A DNA stretch of 64,000 bases from a virus (taxonomy: Duplodnaviria; Caudoviricetes): positions 14,512 to 78,511 of the IMG/VR virus record IMGVR_UViG_3300048598_000163; one strand, 5' to 3'. Every line of letters begins with the position of its first letter. Within the stretch, counting starts at the first letter, position 1. The notes beneath the pieces are model-generated. The model was not told the origin of the DNA. It did no database searches and saw only the letters and a list, made by a program, of their open reading frames with translations. Positions 18,195-27,474 of the stretch are shown piece after piece. Both the position numbers and the translations under genes were made by a program.

Positions 18195-19913
18195 TTATAC
18201 CGACACCGTGGTGGATTCGCCGTAAACATAGTTGTTCGCGGTGATGAAGAAGAAGTTCTGCGGAGCCGTAAGGTAACGCGAGAACGTGATGTACTTTTTA
18301 TCACCTTTTACGGTGATCTTGAGCCCCCAATAGAACTCGCCGGAGTCGTTCGACTGGACGAGGCCCATTCCGGCCCATTCTGCGACGGCCTGCTTGAAGG
18401 TTTCTTCCTCTTCGCCGCCCTTGGAAATCGAAGGCTTTCCGACTCCCTGGCTGTAACGCTGGCGAAGGTCGCGGTTCATGTACAGGTCTTCGCGAACCAT
18501 CGACCGCTCTACATCCTGCAGGGTTGACCCCTGGTAGGTGGTCATCGCACGAATGACCGCAAGGCGGTTGTCGTCCGTGGTTCCACCGCACAGAACGCCG
18601 GCCTTTATGAGCTTCTCTTTCTCGCTGGTACGAAGATTCTTGTAGAACGAAAGAACCTTGACGGTTTTCCAGGTAAGAGGCTCGTTGACCGATACGCATG
18701 ATTCCAGGCCGAGAAGCTTGCAAGCGAAATAGCTCGCCGCGAGTGTTTCGGTATCGCCAGTAATCGGGTTGCTGGCAATGATTGCCGGATAGCAGTACGA
18801 GATGTACTTTGACCCGAACGTCTTCGCTTTCGTAATCGCCTCGTCAACGCTTTCTCCGATCGGTCCACCGAGTAACGCGGTGCGCTCCTTGCGGTTCGTA
18901 ACATTGCTCATGGAAATGCAGTGATTTCCAATAAGTGCAGTAACGGCAACGTCGGTGGAAGGGGTCGAAACGATCTGGACATCCTCGGTTTCGAGTGCCT
19001 GGAGCGCGTCGTTCCATTCAGAGACGGTATAAGCACCAACCGTTCCGCCTTCGAAATACACATACCCGGTGTCGTTGTCAGGAATCAGTCGTTCCGCTCC
19101 GTTCACAAGGGCGACAGACCCTACGTAGGGGTTGTTCTCGAGAGCCTGGATGAGAGCGTACAGATTGCTTCTGAACGTGGCGGCGGCCGACAGGCTGATA
19201 CCGGACGCGGCGTCAAGATCAGCCGTAAGCGCATTCGGCGTATTGTCCTGAAGAATTGCGACATAGGACGGATTGTCGTTGAACCGTGCAACGAGCTCCT
19301 CGACCGTCTCCACGTCTGCGAAATTTACGGTTATGCCGTCATCAGCCCCGGTTACCGCGACGGTAATTCCGGTAGCGGTAATGGCAGCCGTAGCGGCAGA
19401 CCCGGCGCCGGTATACTGCAGAGTGAACGAATCGAGACCGATATTATCGGTTACGGTTTCGTCTCCCTTGTAGTTGGCGATCACCTTTTTCGTGTAGGTG
19501 TTCGTTCCGCTCAAGATTTTCACTTTGAGCTGGTTCGTGTGCACCCCGTAATCCCACGCCTTGATTGCGAGAATTCCGGCCGTTCCGTTCTTGAGCGTGC
19601 GCCCCGCTTGAGTGCCGGGATTTACACGCATGGCAAGAATCTTCTGCGGGGTATAATCGCCACCGGGCGTGAACGCATGAGATACAGCCTCAAGCAATTC
19701 GCCGCTCACGAGCGCATCTTTGGCCTCGGCTATCGTCGCAAACTCAAGAAGCGTCTGCGGCTTTCCTCCGGTCGATTTCCCGAGGATCACGCCGTTTCCG
19801 GCGGAAACACCGCCTGACCCTCCTCCAACGGAATTACTCCTGGAATACGAACCAGGAATATAATGTTCCGATCTCTGCCCGGCAGATTCAAATATCGCAG
19901 GACCAACACCCAT
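18195..19913 (-). CDS. Contractile tail sheath protein
   Basis: 572 aa; YIPGSYS, GKSTGGKP, AYFACKLLG..NEPLT, EKEKLIKAGV, C-terminal sheath domain. Confidence 0.93.
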   Translation of the reverse strand: MGVGPAIFESAGQRSEHYIPGSYSRSNSVGGGSGGVSAGNGVILGKSTGGKPQTLLEFATIAEAKDALVSGELLEAVSHAFTPGGDYTPQKILAMRVNPGTQAGRTLKNGTAGILAIKAWDYGVHTNQLKVKILSGTNTYTKKVIANYKGDETVTDNIGLDSFTLQYTGAGSAATAAITATGITVAVTGADDGITVNFADVETVEELVARFNDNPSYVAILQDNTPNALTADLDAASGISLSAAATFRSNLYALIQALENNPYVGSVALVNGAERLIPDNDTGYVYFEGGTVGAYTVSEWNDALQALETEDVQIVSTPSTDVAVTALIGNHCISMSNVTNRKERTALLGGPIGESVDEAITKAKTFGSKYISYCYPAIIASNPITGDTETLAASYFACKLLGLESCVSVNEPLTWKTVKVLSFYKNLRTSEKEKLIKAGVLCGGTTDDNRLAVIRAMTTYQGSTLQDVERSMVREDLYMNRDLRQRYSQGVGKPSISKGGEEEETFKQAVAEWAGMGLVQSNDSGEFYWGLKITVKGDKKYITFSRYLTAPQNFFFITANNYVYGESTTVSV

Positions 19914-19923
19914 AGGAACCTCC

Positions 19924-20112
19924 TTATTTCACCTTGCGCTCAAGAAGAGTTTTGACTGTTAAAAGCCACTCCTCTTCCGTCATCGTTTTCTTTGCATAGA
20001 GCGTCCGTACAAGATCGCCTATACCCTCTTTCTGCGGATGGATTTCGAGGAACTGATTAACCCCCATCACCCGCGCTGCCGTTGTTTCGGTTTCAGTCGA
20101 TGCCTTTGACAT
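19924..20112 (-). CDS. Small hypothetical neck-region protein
   Basis: 62 aa, AGGAGG RBS region, coupled to neighbours. Confidence 0.6.
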   Translation of the reverse strand: MSKASTETETTAARVMGVNQFLEIHPQKEGIGDLVRTLYAKKTMTEEEWLLTVKTLLERKVK

Positions 20113-20818
20113 GATTGGTTACCTCCGTAATGATGTCGTTAGATATCTCAACTATCTCGGTATCGATGATTGACTGTTCGATGAAATAATCTCCATCGAA
20201 AGAAATCTGCGCGCCGGACAGCTTTACCCCAAAATCAAGATTGTAATTATTACTTCTCTGACCCTTAATGGATTCATCGAACACGGTTAATCCATTGGCC
20301 TGATAAAGATCGTCCATTGCCGCTCGCATACCGGTTGCAACAAAGAGCCGAGTCATCTCATAGAGCTCGTTTTTTAACTGAATATTGTCTGCCCATATTT
20401 CGATTGAAATACGATCGGACCTGCGGACAGTATTGCATATTCCATATAGAAAATCACGGCCGGATATAGCTTTTTTGAGGTTTTCAACGACCTGGGCACT
20501 GACCATGTATCCAGCGCCTATCAGTAAATCGAAATCGGAAACATCAAGAGAAATAGATTGGCACTCGGTCAGCTCGATGAGTTTACTCGGTTTTGTGTCA
20601 ACCTCTGTCGTTACAATAATCGCAGGAAACAACCCTTCGGTATTCAGTGCCGATCCGGATGCTTGCTGAAGTAAAAGCCGTGCAAAAGGATGCTCGTTCG
20701 TAATATTTACGCTGTAATTCTTATACAGGTCAGCAATACCCATTGAGTCGTAATACTTTTTCAGGGCTTTAACGAATTTCTGTTCAAGTATGAGCCCCCG
20801 GTTTAAGTAAAAAATCAT
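20093..20818 (-). CDS. Tail completion / terminator-like protein
   Basis: Position before the sheath; FPAIIVTT, ISIEIWADNIQLKNELY. Confidence 0.6.
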   Translation of the reverse strand: MIFYLNRGLILEQKFVKALKKYYDSMGIADLYKNYSVNITNEHPFARLLLQQASGSALNTEGLFPAIIVTTEVDTKPSKLIELTECQSISLDVSDFDLLIGAGYMVSAQVVENLKKAISGRDFLYGICNTVRRSDRISIEIWADNIQLKNELYEMTRLFVATGMRAAMDDLYQANGLTVFDESIKGQRSNNYNLDFGVKLSGAQISFDGDYFIEQSIIDTEIVEISNDIITEVTNHVKGID

Positions 20819-21615
20819 ATTCCGAAATCCTCCCGGGTGCCGCGTTCAAGCATCGCGGCTACCGCTTCATTCGTTTGAGATACGACTCCGGCGGTAACAT
20901 GGCGAGCCGGTGTTGCGGGTTTAATCCAGCTGTCCGCGGGAGAATCAGCAGAGATCACTCGAAAGGTAAAGTATCCTCCCTTGTTTGACATTTTTACCAT
21001 TCCCTCGGCGTCGCCAAATTCATTTCCCGTAACGCTATCTAGCCTGTCTCCCCACTTGTATTCACGCCTTTGTATGCCATCTCCCCAAAAGTTATCTTCA
21101 AGATGAGTCTCTTTCTTAACAACAGAAGCGGAAAAATCCTTATTCTTGACGATCTGAAAAACAGACTCCGGCATTATATTTCTGAATGACCCTGAATTTG
21201 GGGTCCCCCATCGGAATGGAATTATCAAATACGGGACATACTTATATCCACCGCCCTTCAGCTTCTTTTTTGCTACCCTTCCTTTTTCCCCGTATGGATG
21301 CGTTAGCTTCATGTCGACCTGCGGTGTTCCATTTTCCATCCAATCAGCTATCTCGGAATCACTTGCGATCTCATAATCAAAAGGTCCTATTTTCTTTATC
21401 TTGATGCTGCTGGCATATTTTCCTGACGGAGACTTCATTGGTGTTACACCTGGAAGAGATCCTCCCATTGCGTATCCCTGCCAAGTTTTCTTCACCAATC
21501 CGGCTGCTCTTTCCATCTCTGCAGCCGTCGACGGCATCCCGTCGGCCATTTCTGATAAAGTTCCAACCAGGCGCTGCAGGACATCATTATCGAGGGTTAT
21601 CTGCATCTTAGTCAT
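20815..21615 (-). CDS. Neck / tail completion protein
   Basis: YASSIK, MENGTPQVDMK, YLIIPFRWG, FRVISADSPADSWIKP; start moved to ATG 21615. Confidence 0.6.
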   Translation of the reverse strand: MTKMQITLDNDVLQRLVGTLSEMADGMPSTAAEMERAAGLVKKTWQGYAMGGSLPGVTPMKSPSGKYASSIKIKKIGPFDYEIASDSEIADWMENGTPQVDMKLTHPYGEKGRVAKKKLKGGGYKYVPYLIIPFRWGTPNSGSFRNIMPESVFQIVKNKDFSASVVKKETHLEDNFWGDGIQRREYKWGDRLDSVTGNEFGDAEGMVKMSNKGGYFTFRVISADSPADSWIKPATPARHVTAGVVSQTNEAVAAMLERGTREDFGI

Positions 21616-22756
21616 TCTGATTGATCCTCCTACCTTCCTTGAAAGCAGCAAAGAGTTTCAGAACAGCACGCCTTGGCATCCGCTGATCCTCGCTGGTTCG
21701 AAGGCTCGGCAGATTTTTTATTATCGTGTATGTAGGCAATGCCTTGTAGAGAATCGAATAGGCTGTTTCAGCCGCCGGCGGATTCGTGATCCATACAACC
21801 TTATTTGTCCCGGCAAGAATAAAATCGATTTCGGGATAATACTCCTTTACCGTAGTAAATATGCGCTCTATCGATTCGACGAAAAAGGCACTGATGGTAT
21901 CTTCCGCCCCTTCTTTTCTGATCAGAACCTCTTTTGCAAGAGTGCTTCCTGACAGGACGGTAATTACGTCTCCCTCTCCTATGTCGCAGCAGTAAGGAGC
22001 CGTTAAGACAGCATCGCCACCCGCCGTTTCGATCATCTTTGATTCAACGTCGTTAAAGCCCTGGGAAAGAATTACAAATTTATTCGGCTCTAACCATTTC
22101 ACGTCGGTTGCCTTCAGGGATCCTTTTTGAACAATTTCAGCACCGGTTAACGAATCTGTCAGCCTAAGCCGAACCATATCCATTCGATATTCAAGAACCT
22201 CGAATTCCTTTTCGTCGTCCTTCACCGTGCATGACAGAATATCGCCCGGAGCAGTATATACGACGGATTGGATCGTAGAGGATTCAGAACGGCACCCTGG
22301 TACCCGAAAGAAACCGCCTCCCAAGGAAACGAGCGCAACGGAATCGATCTTATTTTCCCTGGAATACGATGTTTCGACGGCAACATAATCGTCCGCCCCG
22401 GTCGCCTTTTCTCCGAATTTGAGATACCTCCCGTATTTCGTGAAAGGTATTGAAACCCCGTTGTAATAAACAGCTTTAACGTCTCCATCCGAGCGCTCGG
22501 ATAGAACAACTGCACCGTCTTTGTCCACGGGTAGCGTGTTTATTCTTCGTTCTTCCTTTTGGTGGCTGTAAATAATCCCAGTTCCGCCACAAAGAGGGCA
22601 TCGAATATCAGGTTGATTCCCGTCGCCGGTTACACACGAGCATTTCATTGACGTTCTCCATCGGACATATTGCCCATGGCGTTCAATCAGCGCTTCATAG
22701 TTTTCCTTTCCGAGCTTGAGTTTTACGGGTGAATCAAAACCGAGGCCGTATGTCAT
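21608..22756 (-). CDS. Head-closure / neck protein with Cys motif
   Basis: LIERHGQYVRW, CSC..RCPLCGGTG. Confidence 0.65.
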   Translation of the reverse strand: MTYGLGFDSPVKLKLGKENYEALIERHGQYVRWRTSMKCSCVTGDGNQPDIRCPLCGGTGIIYSHQKEERRINTLPVDKDGAVVLSERSDGDVKAVYYNGVSIPFTKYGRYLKFGEKATGADDYVAVETSYSRENKIDSVALVSLGGGFFRVPGCRSESSTIQSVVYTAPGDILSCTVKDDEKEFEVLEYRMDMVRLRLTDSLTGAEIVQKGSLKATDVKWLEPNKFVILSQGFNDVESKMIETAGGDAVLTAPYCCDIGEGDVITVLSGSTLAKEVLIRKEGAEDTISAFFVESIERIFTTVKEYYPEIDFILAGTNKVVWITNPPAAETAYSILYKALPTYTIIKNLPSLRTSEDQRMPRRAVLKLFAAFKEGRRINQND

Positions 22757-23364
22757 ACCGCGATCTCCTCGTGCAGGAAAGGTCTTGCTTCGTTCCCGAT
22801 TCTTACAACCGGGAAGCCCCTCTTTGAAAAACCTTCAACGACTCCGATCTTTTTTCCGACGCTCACCGAAACTCCTTTCTTGAGCTTGAGCATGGCGTTT
22901 TTCCGGGTGCTGATAGATGAAACAAGGCGATCTGTTTTCTCGTTGTACTCTTTCTGCAAATCGCTTGCCTGTTCTGGCTTATCGGCCATAAGTTTGAGGT
23001 ACCATGCTGTTTGAAAATCAGCTTCGATGTCCTTGTCCCGCGTGTCACGGTCGAATTTATAGTTCTGGTATTTCGTTTCAATGCGCTGCGCAAGCGCCGG
23101 ATCATACATCGCGAATTTGGATACCAGCGGCTTGATCTGATAATCTACCGAACCCCGGTCAAGGTGATCGAAATACCCACGGTTATCACTCCGCTGTTTC
23201 ATATCGTCGTTGGAAAATAAATCAACCTGCCCTTTGTTTTTGCCACTGTTTCGATCTTCCGGGGATACCCAATAAGTCATCTCGCGCCCATCGGCGCGAA
23301 CCTTTTTTTCAGGTATGAGTTTCCCATAGTCTTTCGCTTTCAGAAGAAGTACTGGCGCGTTCAT
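22753..23364 (-). CDS. Hypothetical protein carrying a short variant of the head-cargo tag
   Basis: LLLKA..GKLIPEKKVRADGREMTYWVSP, GQVDLF, C-terminal SH3/KOW-like beta region. Confidence 0.7.
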   Translation of the reverse strand: MNAPVLLLKAKDYGKLIPEKKVRADGREMTYWVSPEDRNSGKNKGQVDLFSNDDMKQRSDNRGYFDHLDRGSVDYQIKPLVSKFAMYDPALAQRIETKYQNYKFDRDTRDKDIEADFQTAWYLKLMADKPEQASDLQKEYNEKTDRLVSSISTRKNAMLKLKKGVSVSVGKKIGVVEGFSKRGFPVVRIGNEARPFLHEEIAV

Positions 23365-24266
23365 GAGGCACGCTCCATGAACTCTTTATCCGTCATGGTA
23401 CCTTTATGGAGGTTGCACGACGGGCAGCTTATCGCGAGGTTATTCTTTTCGTTTTTCCCGCCACGGATAAGAGGAATCTTGTGCTCAAGGTGGTATTTTT
23501 CTTGAATTGGGTCTTTGCAGTAAACGCATGTGAGGGCGCCGTACAGCACAATATTCTCGCTCTCGACTTCCTGTACTACTTTTGAAGAGAGTCTACCGGC
23601 GTTTCGTTCGAGAACACGCCTGTTGGCACTTTTCTGTTTGGTGTGACGCCTACCCTTTTCGGTTTTATACCAGTTTTTTACGAGCTGGGAGTGATGCTCC
23701 TTATGCCTCTCAACCCAGTCTTTTTGTCCGGCTTTTACTTTTTCCGGATTCTGTATAGCCCAACCAGAACGATATCCGTCATATCGTTTTTTGGTTTCGG
23801 GGTCACTCATATATTTCGCCCATCTTTTTTTATAGATATCAGGATCTGCGGTGTATTCTCTCTTACGTTTTTCGTTTCTACATTTAACGCAATTTTCAGT
23901 ATATCCATCGAGTGTTTGTTTACTTTTATAGAAATTGCAAATTGGTAAAACCTGTTTGCAGGAACAGCACCTTTTCTCCGTTATTTCAGGCTTTTCCATT
24001 TGCTTTACAGTATGAATATACTCTTTGTGCCTAATACTCGCGCAAGAACGGCAGACGGTGTTTCTTCCATCTTTATTGGCAATATTCTTGGTGAATTCCT
24101 CGATAGGCTTTTCAACACCACATTTCCCGCAAACCTTACTCGCGGGAACGTCTTTCTTTATCTTGAGACAGTCCTTGCACGGCTGACGTATTCCGCATCT
24201 GTTGCGCGAGTCAGAGAAAAATGCAAACTTTTCTTTTTCAGCTCCACAGCACGTACACACTGCCAT
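23361..24266 (-). CDS. HNH homing endonuclease with three Cys4 repeats
   Basis: Three CxxC-x~22-CxxC repeats; C-terminal CVYC..HLEHKIPLIRGG.N..NLAISCPSCNLHK. Confidence 0.9.
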   Translation of the reverse strand: MAVCTCCGAEKEKFAFFSDSRNRCGIRQPCKDCLKIKKDVPASKVCGKCGVEKPIEEFTKNIANKDGRNTVCRSCASIRHKEYIHTVKQMEKPEITEKRCCSCKQVLPICNFYKSKQTLDGYTENCVKCRNEKRKREYTADPDIYKKRWAKYMSDPETKKRYDGYRSGWAIQNPEKVKAGQKDWVERHKEHHSQLVKNWYKTEKGRRHTKQKSANRRVLERNAGRLSSKVVQEVESENIVLYGALTCVYCKDPIQEKYHLEHKIPLIRGGKNEKNNLAISCPSCNLHKGTMTDKEFMERAS

Positions 24267-25387
24267 CAGATACTTCCTATGGTTATGTTTCCGAACTTAC
24301 TTCTATTCTCTTTGAGATAGGTCTGTATATCTTCCAGATATACTTTAATTCTTGCACCATACATTGCCGACGTCGCGCTTTGTGTGGAGCTAAATGATTC
24401 CGATACCCCGTCCAACGACAACGAACTTGAAGAGAATCCCGAAAGCAGTCCGTCGCCGATTATGTTCAGGAGCTTGCAGGCGGCCGCCTTCCCGATAATA
24501 TCCCGGAGGTCCGCGGGAACCATTCCGGAATTCTCGTATCCAGCTGTATAGTCAATTTTGTACCCATGAGGATAGTCGCCATTGCGGTAGCTCACGCCAA
24601 CCGCCATCGCGGCCGGAATGATGCGGATTTCTCCCGTGGCTCCGGCCCTCGGGAAAAAGCTGATAACGCCCTTTCGATGGTCGATTCTTGCCCACGATTC
24701 AAGGTCGATAATTTTCTGATCTGCCATTCCGTACAGTATGAAACTTTCGATCGATAAAATCGGCCGCTTCCGGAGCACAATACGCCCGGCGCGCTGCCAT
24801 TTGTCATGGCGATACGTGTACGGGTCTTCTGCTTCGTCGTAATCGACCCCTATCTTCCCTTCTTTCGGCTGGCACTTTATTACGGTTTTTGTGATCGTTA
24901 TTTTCAGAGCCCGGGCGATCTCGCTGACCGCGGACTGTATTTTCGCTTTTATTTGAGCATCGGAGAAGGTGTCTCCATTCGATGCTTTGAAATCGATACC
25001 CCAAAGATAGGTATACCGAAGATCGTCGGGGGTAAGGATATCTCCGAACCCGCCATCGGGGGCAGCATAATTGCCAAAAGTCCACCCGGTTTTCTCGGTG
25101 CCAATTCTTGACCAGTCGGAATAGGCATAATCAGAAAGAATGGTCGTCATTATTGCGTAGCGGTACTGGTAAATTCCTGCTTCAAGATCATAGTCCGTAA
25201 ACCTCACCGAAGGGACCAGCATTGCCGTTCCGCCATCGGTAAAAGACGTGCCGTCCCAGATCAGCCAATTTCCGCTCTCGCGCTTGCGTTCTATGCGGAA
25301 TCCGACAAAGCCGGTAGTCCCGGCGGCGGATTCGATAGTGAGAAGAATATCAGTATTGATTGAGACGGCACTTATTTTCATGGTCAA
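24266..25387 (-). CDS. Head-tail adaptor (neck) protein with N-terminal Fn3-like domain
   Basis: LTPDDLRYTYLWGID, YTAGY..VPADL..IGKAAA, SLSLDGVSESFSSTQSA..YGARI. Confidence 0.75.
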   Translation of the reverse strand: MTMKISAVSINTDILLTIESAAGTTGFVGFRIERKRESGNWLIWDGTSFTDGGTAMLVPSVRFTDYDLEAGIYQYRYAIMTTILSDYAYSDWSRIGTEKTGWTFGNYAAPDGGFGDILTPDDLRYTYLWGIDFKASNGDTFSDAQIKAKIQSAVSEIARALKITITKTVIKCQPKEGKIGVDYDEAEDPYTYRHDKWQRAGRIVLRKRPILSIESFILYGMADQKIIDLESWARIDHRKGVISFFPRAGATGEIRIIPAAMAVGVSYRNGDYPHGYKIDYTAGYENSGMVPADLRDIIGKAAACKLLNIIGDGLLSGFSSSSLSLDGVSESFSSTQSATSAMYGARIKVYLEDIQTYLKENRSKFGNITIGSI

Positions 25388-25785
25388 ACCTTCTCGTATC
25401 CGGGCACTTTCAGGAGCTGCTCGAGATCATCGGAGTCGGGTGTTGCAAGGCCGTCCGCGTCGAATTCAACGGGCTTCCCTGTGACAGCATAGACCGATTT
25501 CCCAGCCATTGCCACGTTGCGCACCTGTCCTGTTTTCTCGGATCCTTCGCCCTTGTTCTGAACAGTAGTGTCAGAAGATGCCTTCTGGGCATTGGCGGTT
25601 TCGACAGGTTCCGTCGTAGGGATATCGCCGACAGAGACCTTCTCGGCGGATTCACTGGCCGGCGGATTCTCATCAAGCTCGGAGGTATCCTCGGTAGATT
25701 CACTGGCCGCCGGCTGACTCTCGTCAGGTCTTGCGGTATCGACGGGTTCGGTTGTTTCAGCGTCAGTTTTTTTTGCTTTTGCCAT
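25384..25785 (-). CDS. Acidic low-complexity hypothetical protein
   Basis: E/S/T/P-rich N-terminus, C-terminal VEFDADGLAT. Confidence 0.65.
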   Translation of the reverse strand: MAKAKKTDAETTEPVDTARPDESQPAASESTEDTSELDENPPASESAEKVSVGDIPTTEPVETANAQKASSDTTVQNKGEGSEKTGQVRNVAMAGKSVYAVTGKPVEFDADGLATPDSDDLEQLLKVPGYEKV

Positions 25786-25800
25786 TTACGTGCTCCTTGA

Positions 25801-25986
25801 TCAGAGGGGGTCGACGTTGGCCGAAGTGACTACGTTTGTAGTATCGGCCACCGTATGAGTTCCAGCACAATGAGCATTGTGATCTGCCTTCAATTCATTA
25901 ATCAGCGTAAATGCTGCCGCAAGCTGATCTGCAAGTTTCTTAAGCGCCGGGCAGGCGCCTTTCAAATCGTCTTTCTTCATGGGCAT
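25801..25986 (-). CDS. Small protein after the capsid gene (possible decoration protein)
   Basis: 61 aa, GAAGAGG RBS. Confidence 0.55.
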   Translation of the reverse strand: MPMKKDDLKGACPALKKLADQLAAAFTLINELKADHNAHCAGTHTVADTTNVVTSANVDPL

Positions 25987-26010
25987 ACAACCTCTTCCAT
26001 AAAAGGAATA

Positions 26011-26032
26011 CCCCCGGCCTTTCGGCCAGGGG
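26011..26032 (-). terminator. GC-rich hairpin downstream of the major capsid gene
   Basis: Minus strand CCCCTGGCC-GAAA-GGCCGGGGG; U-tract interrupted (TATTCCTTTT). Confidence 0.5.
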
Positions 26033-26040
26033 CAAGCGGA

Positions 26041-27456
26041 TTAGTTCAAGAACCCGTCGTTGGTGTATCCGATGTTCTTGACAACACCGTGATACCACGG
26101 GACCTTGACGTCCGGAGTACCGAAGAGAACGATCAGGAACGGGGTTACCGCGGCCCTGGTCGGGTACAGATCGAACTTCATCAGAGGAAGGAACTGGTCG
26201 AACTGCGCACTCGGCTCGATTGCATCGTGCGAGAGGTACAGAATCGAACCGGTACCAGGAAGATCGTCCTGCTGATCAAGGTGAGTCTTGGTTGCGGCAG
26301 ATCCGATACCAATACGAACCATCTCGCGCATATCGGTTCCGGATCCATCCTTCTTCGATCGGGTGATGATGTATCCGGACCCCTTTATTGTGCCGGGAGT
26401 GATCACGATCTTCACTTCCTGTCCGGCCGCTACGGCAACGGATGCGGCAGCAGCTCCCTCGGAAATACCGTATGCGTTTATCGCGTGGACGGCGTAAAAG
26501 TACGTTCCGGCTTCTGCGGTAACGAATCCAGGGCCACCGCCGGCAGTAAGGGTCTGTGCGGTAAGAGCAAAGGTAGGCGCAGAGGGGCGTTTATTCGCAT
26601 CACCGCTCGCGGAAATCTTTCCTTTGACGTGGAACATCTTGTCGGGTCCGGCTTCTTTACCAGCAATCTTGATGTCGCCGGAGAAGGTAGTCGGGTACTC
26701 GAGAACCACGCGGCCGCCCTTGGTGTCATTTTCTCCAAATCGAAGGCGATCCCTGGCGAGTTTCTGGAAGTCGGACGCGATAACGGACGGCATAAACGCA
26801 TGAGAGAGGCTTCCGCCGTTGTCAAACACCATCTGCGCGATGTTGTTGATGGATTCCTCGCCAGCCGCGTCGCTCATCTTCGCGCCACGAAGGTCTACGA
26901 GGTTGCGACGCGATGCGTTTGACACAACCTGCTTGAGCACGCTGTCAAACTGCTGCGGTACGACCTCGCTGTCGGCCTGGAACATACCGAACTCAAGTCC
27001 TTTGAGAACGGTGAGGGTTCCTGCCAGCTTTTCAGACGCCATCGCGTCTTCGAGGGTTTTTGCCACCTGCATCTGCAGCGTTACCTCGCGGTAGGTCTGC
27101 ATGAACTTCATGGGCTTGGTTACGCGCTCGATCGCCTGATCGGTGTCCCCGGCCTCACCGCCCTCGTCGGCGAAGATATTCATGTGCTCGCCGGCGTCGT
27201 TACGACGGGTGTACTCATGAACGGTCGAGCCGACTTTCTGGGTTTTGAGGAGATTGGTCAGCTTGAAGTCTTCCTGCTTCGCGGCCATAGCATTGACCAT
27301 GCTCATCTCGATATCCTCGGGCATGAGCGCACGGCCACCGGTAAACTGCGAGGAATCGGTTCCGGATCCAGCGGAGAGGGCTTTCTGGAGCTCTCCTTCG
27401 CTTACGGTTCCGAATACCGTGTCGCCAGCCCTTGTCGGGTTAAGGAAATCACTCAT
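26041..27456 (-). CDS. Major capsid protein
   Basis: 471 aa after the protease gene; N-terminal ELQKALSAG..TGGRAL..EDIE resembles processed Twort/A511-type capsids; GGAGGGAG RBS. Confidence 0.92.
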   Translation of the reverse strand: MSDFLNPTRAGDTVFGTVSEGELQKALSAGSGTDSSQFTGGRALMPEDIEMSMVNAMAAKQEDFKLTNLLKTQKVGSTVHEYTRRNDAGEHMNIFADEGGEAGDTDQAIERVTKPMKFMQTYREVTLQMQVAKTLEDAMASEKLAGTLTVLKGLEFGMFQADSEVVPQQFDSVLKQVVSNASRRNLVDLRGAKMSDAAGEESINNIAQMVFDNGGSLSHAFMPSVIASDFQKLARDRLRFGENDTKGGRVVLEYPTTFSGDIKIAGKEAGPDKMFHVKGKISASGDANKRPSAPTFALTAQTLTAGGGPGFVTAEAGTYFYAVHAINAYGISEGAAAASVAVAAGQEVKIVITPGTIKGSGYIITRSKKDGSGTDMREMVRIGIGSAATKTHLDQQDDLPGTGSILYLSHDAIEPSAQFDQFLPLMKFDLYPTRAAVTPFLIVLFGTPDVKVPWYHGVVKNIGYTNDGFLN

Positions 27457-27474
27457 TGGTGTCTCCCTCCTTTT

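Noticed and set aside
18921-19817. Long plus-strand ORF (298 aa)
   Set aside because: Antisense shadow of the sheath gene; no motifs.
6600-25400. Tail region appears more AT-rich than the head region (possible module exchange)
   Set aside because: Visual impression only; not computed, so not reported as a finding.
25855-26922. Long plus-strand ORF (355 aa)
   Set aside because: Antisense shadow of the capsid gene in GC-rich sequence.
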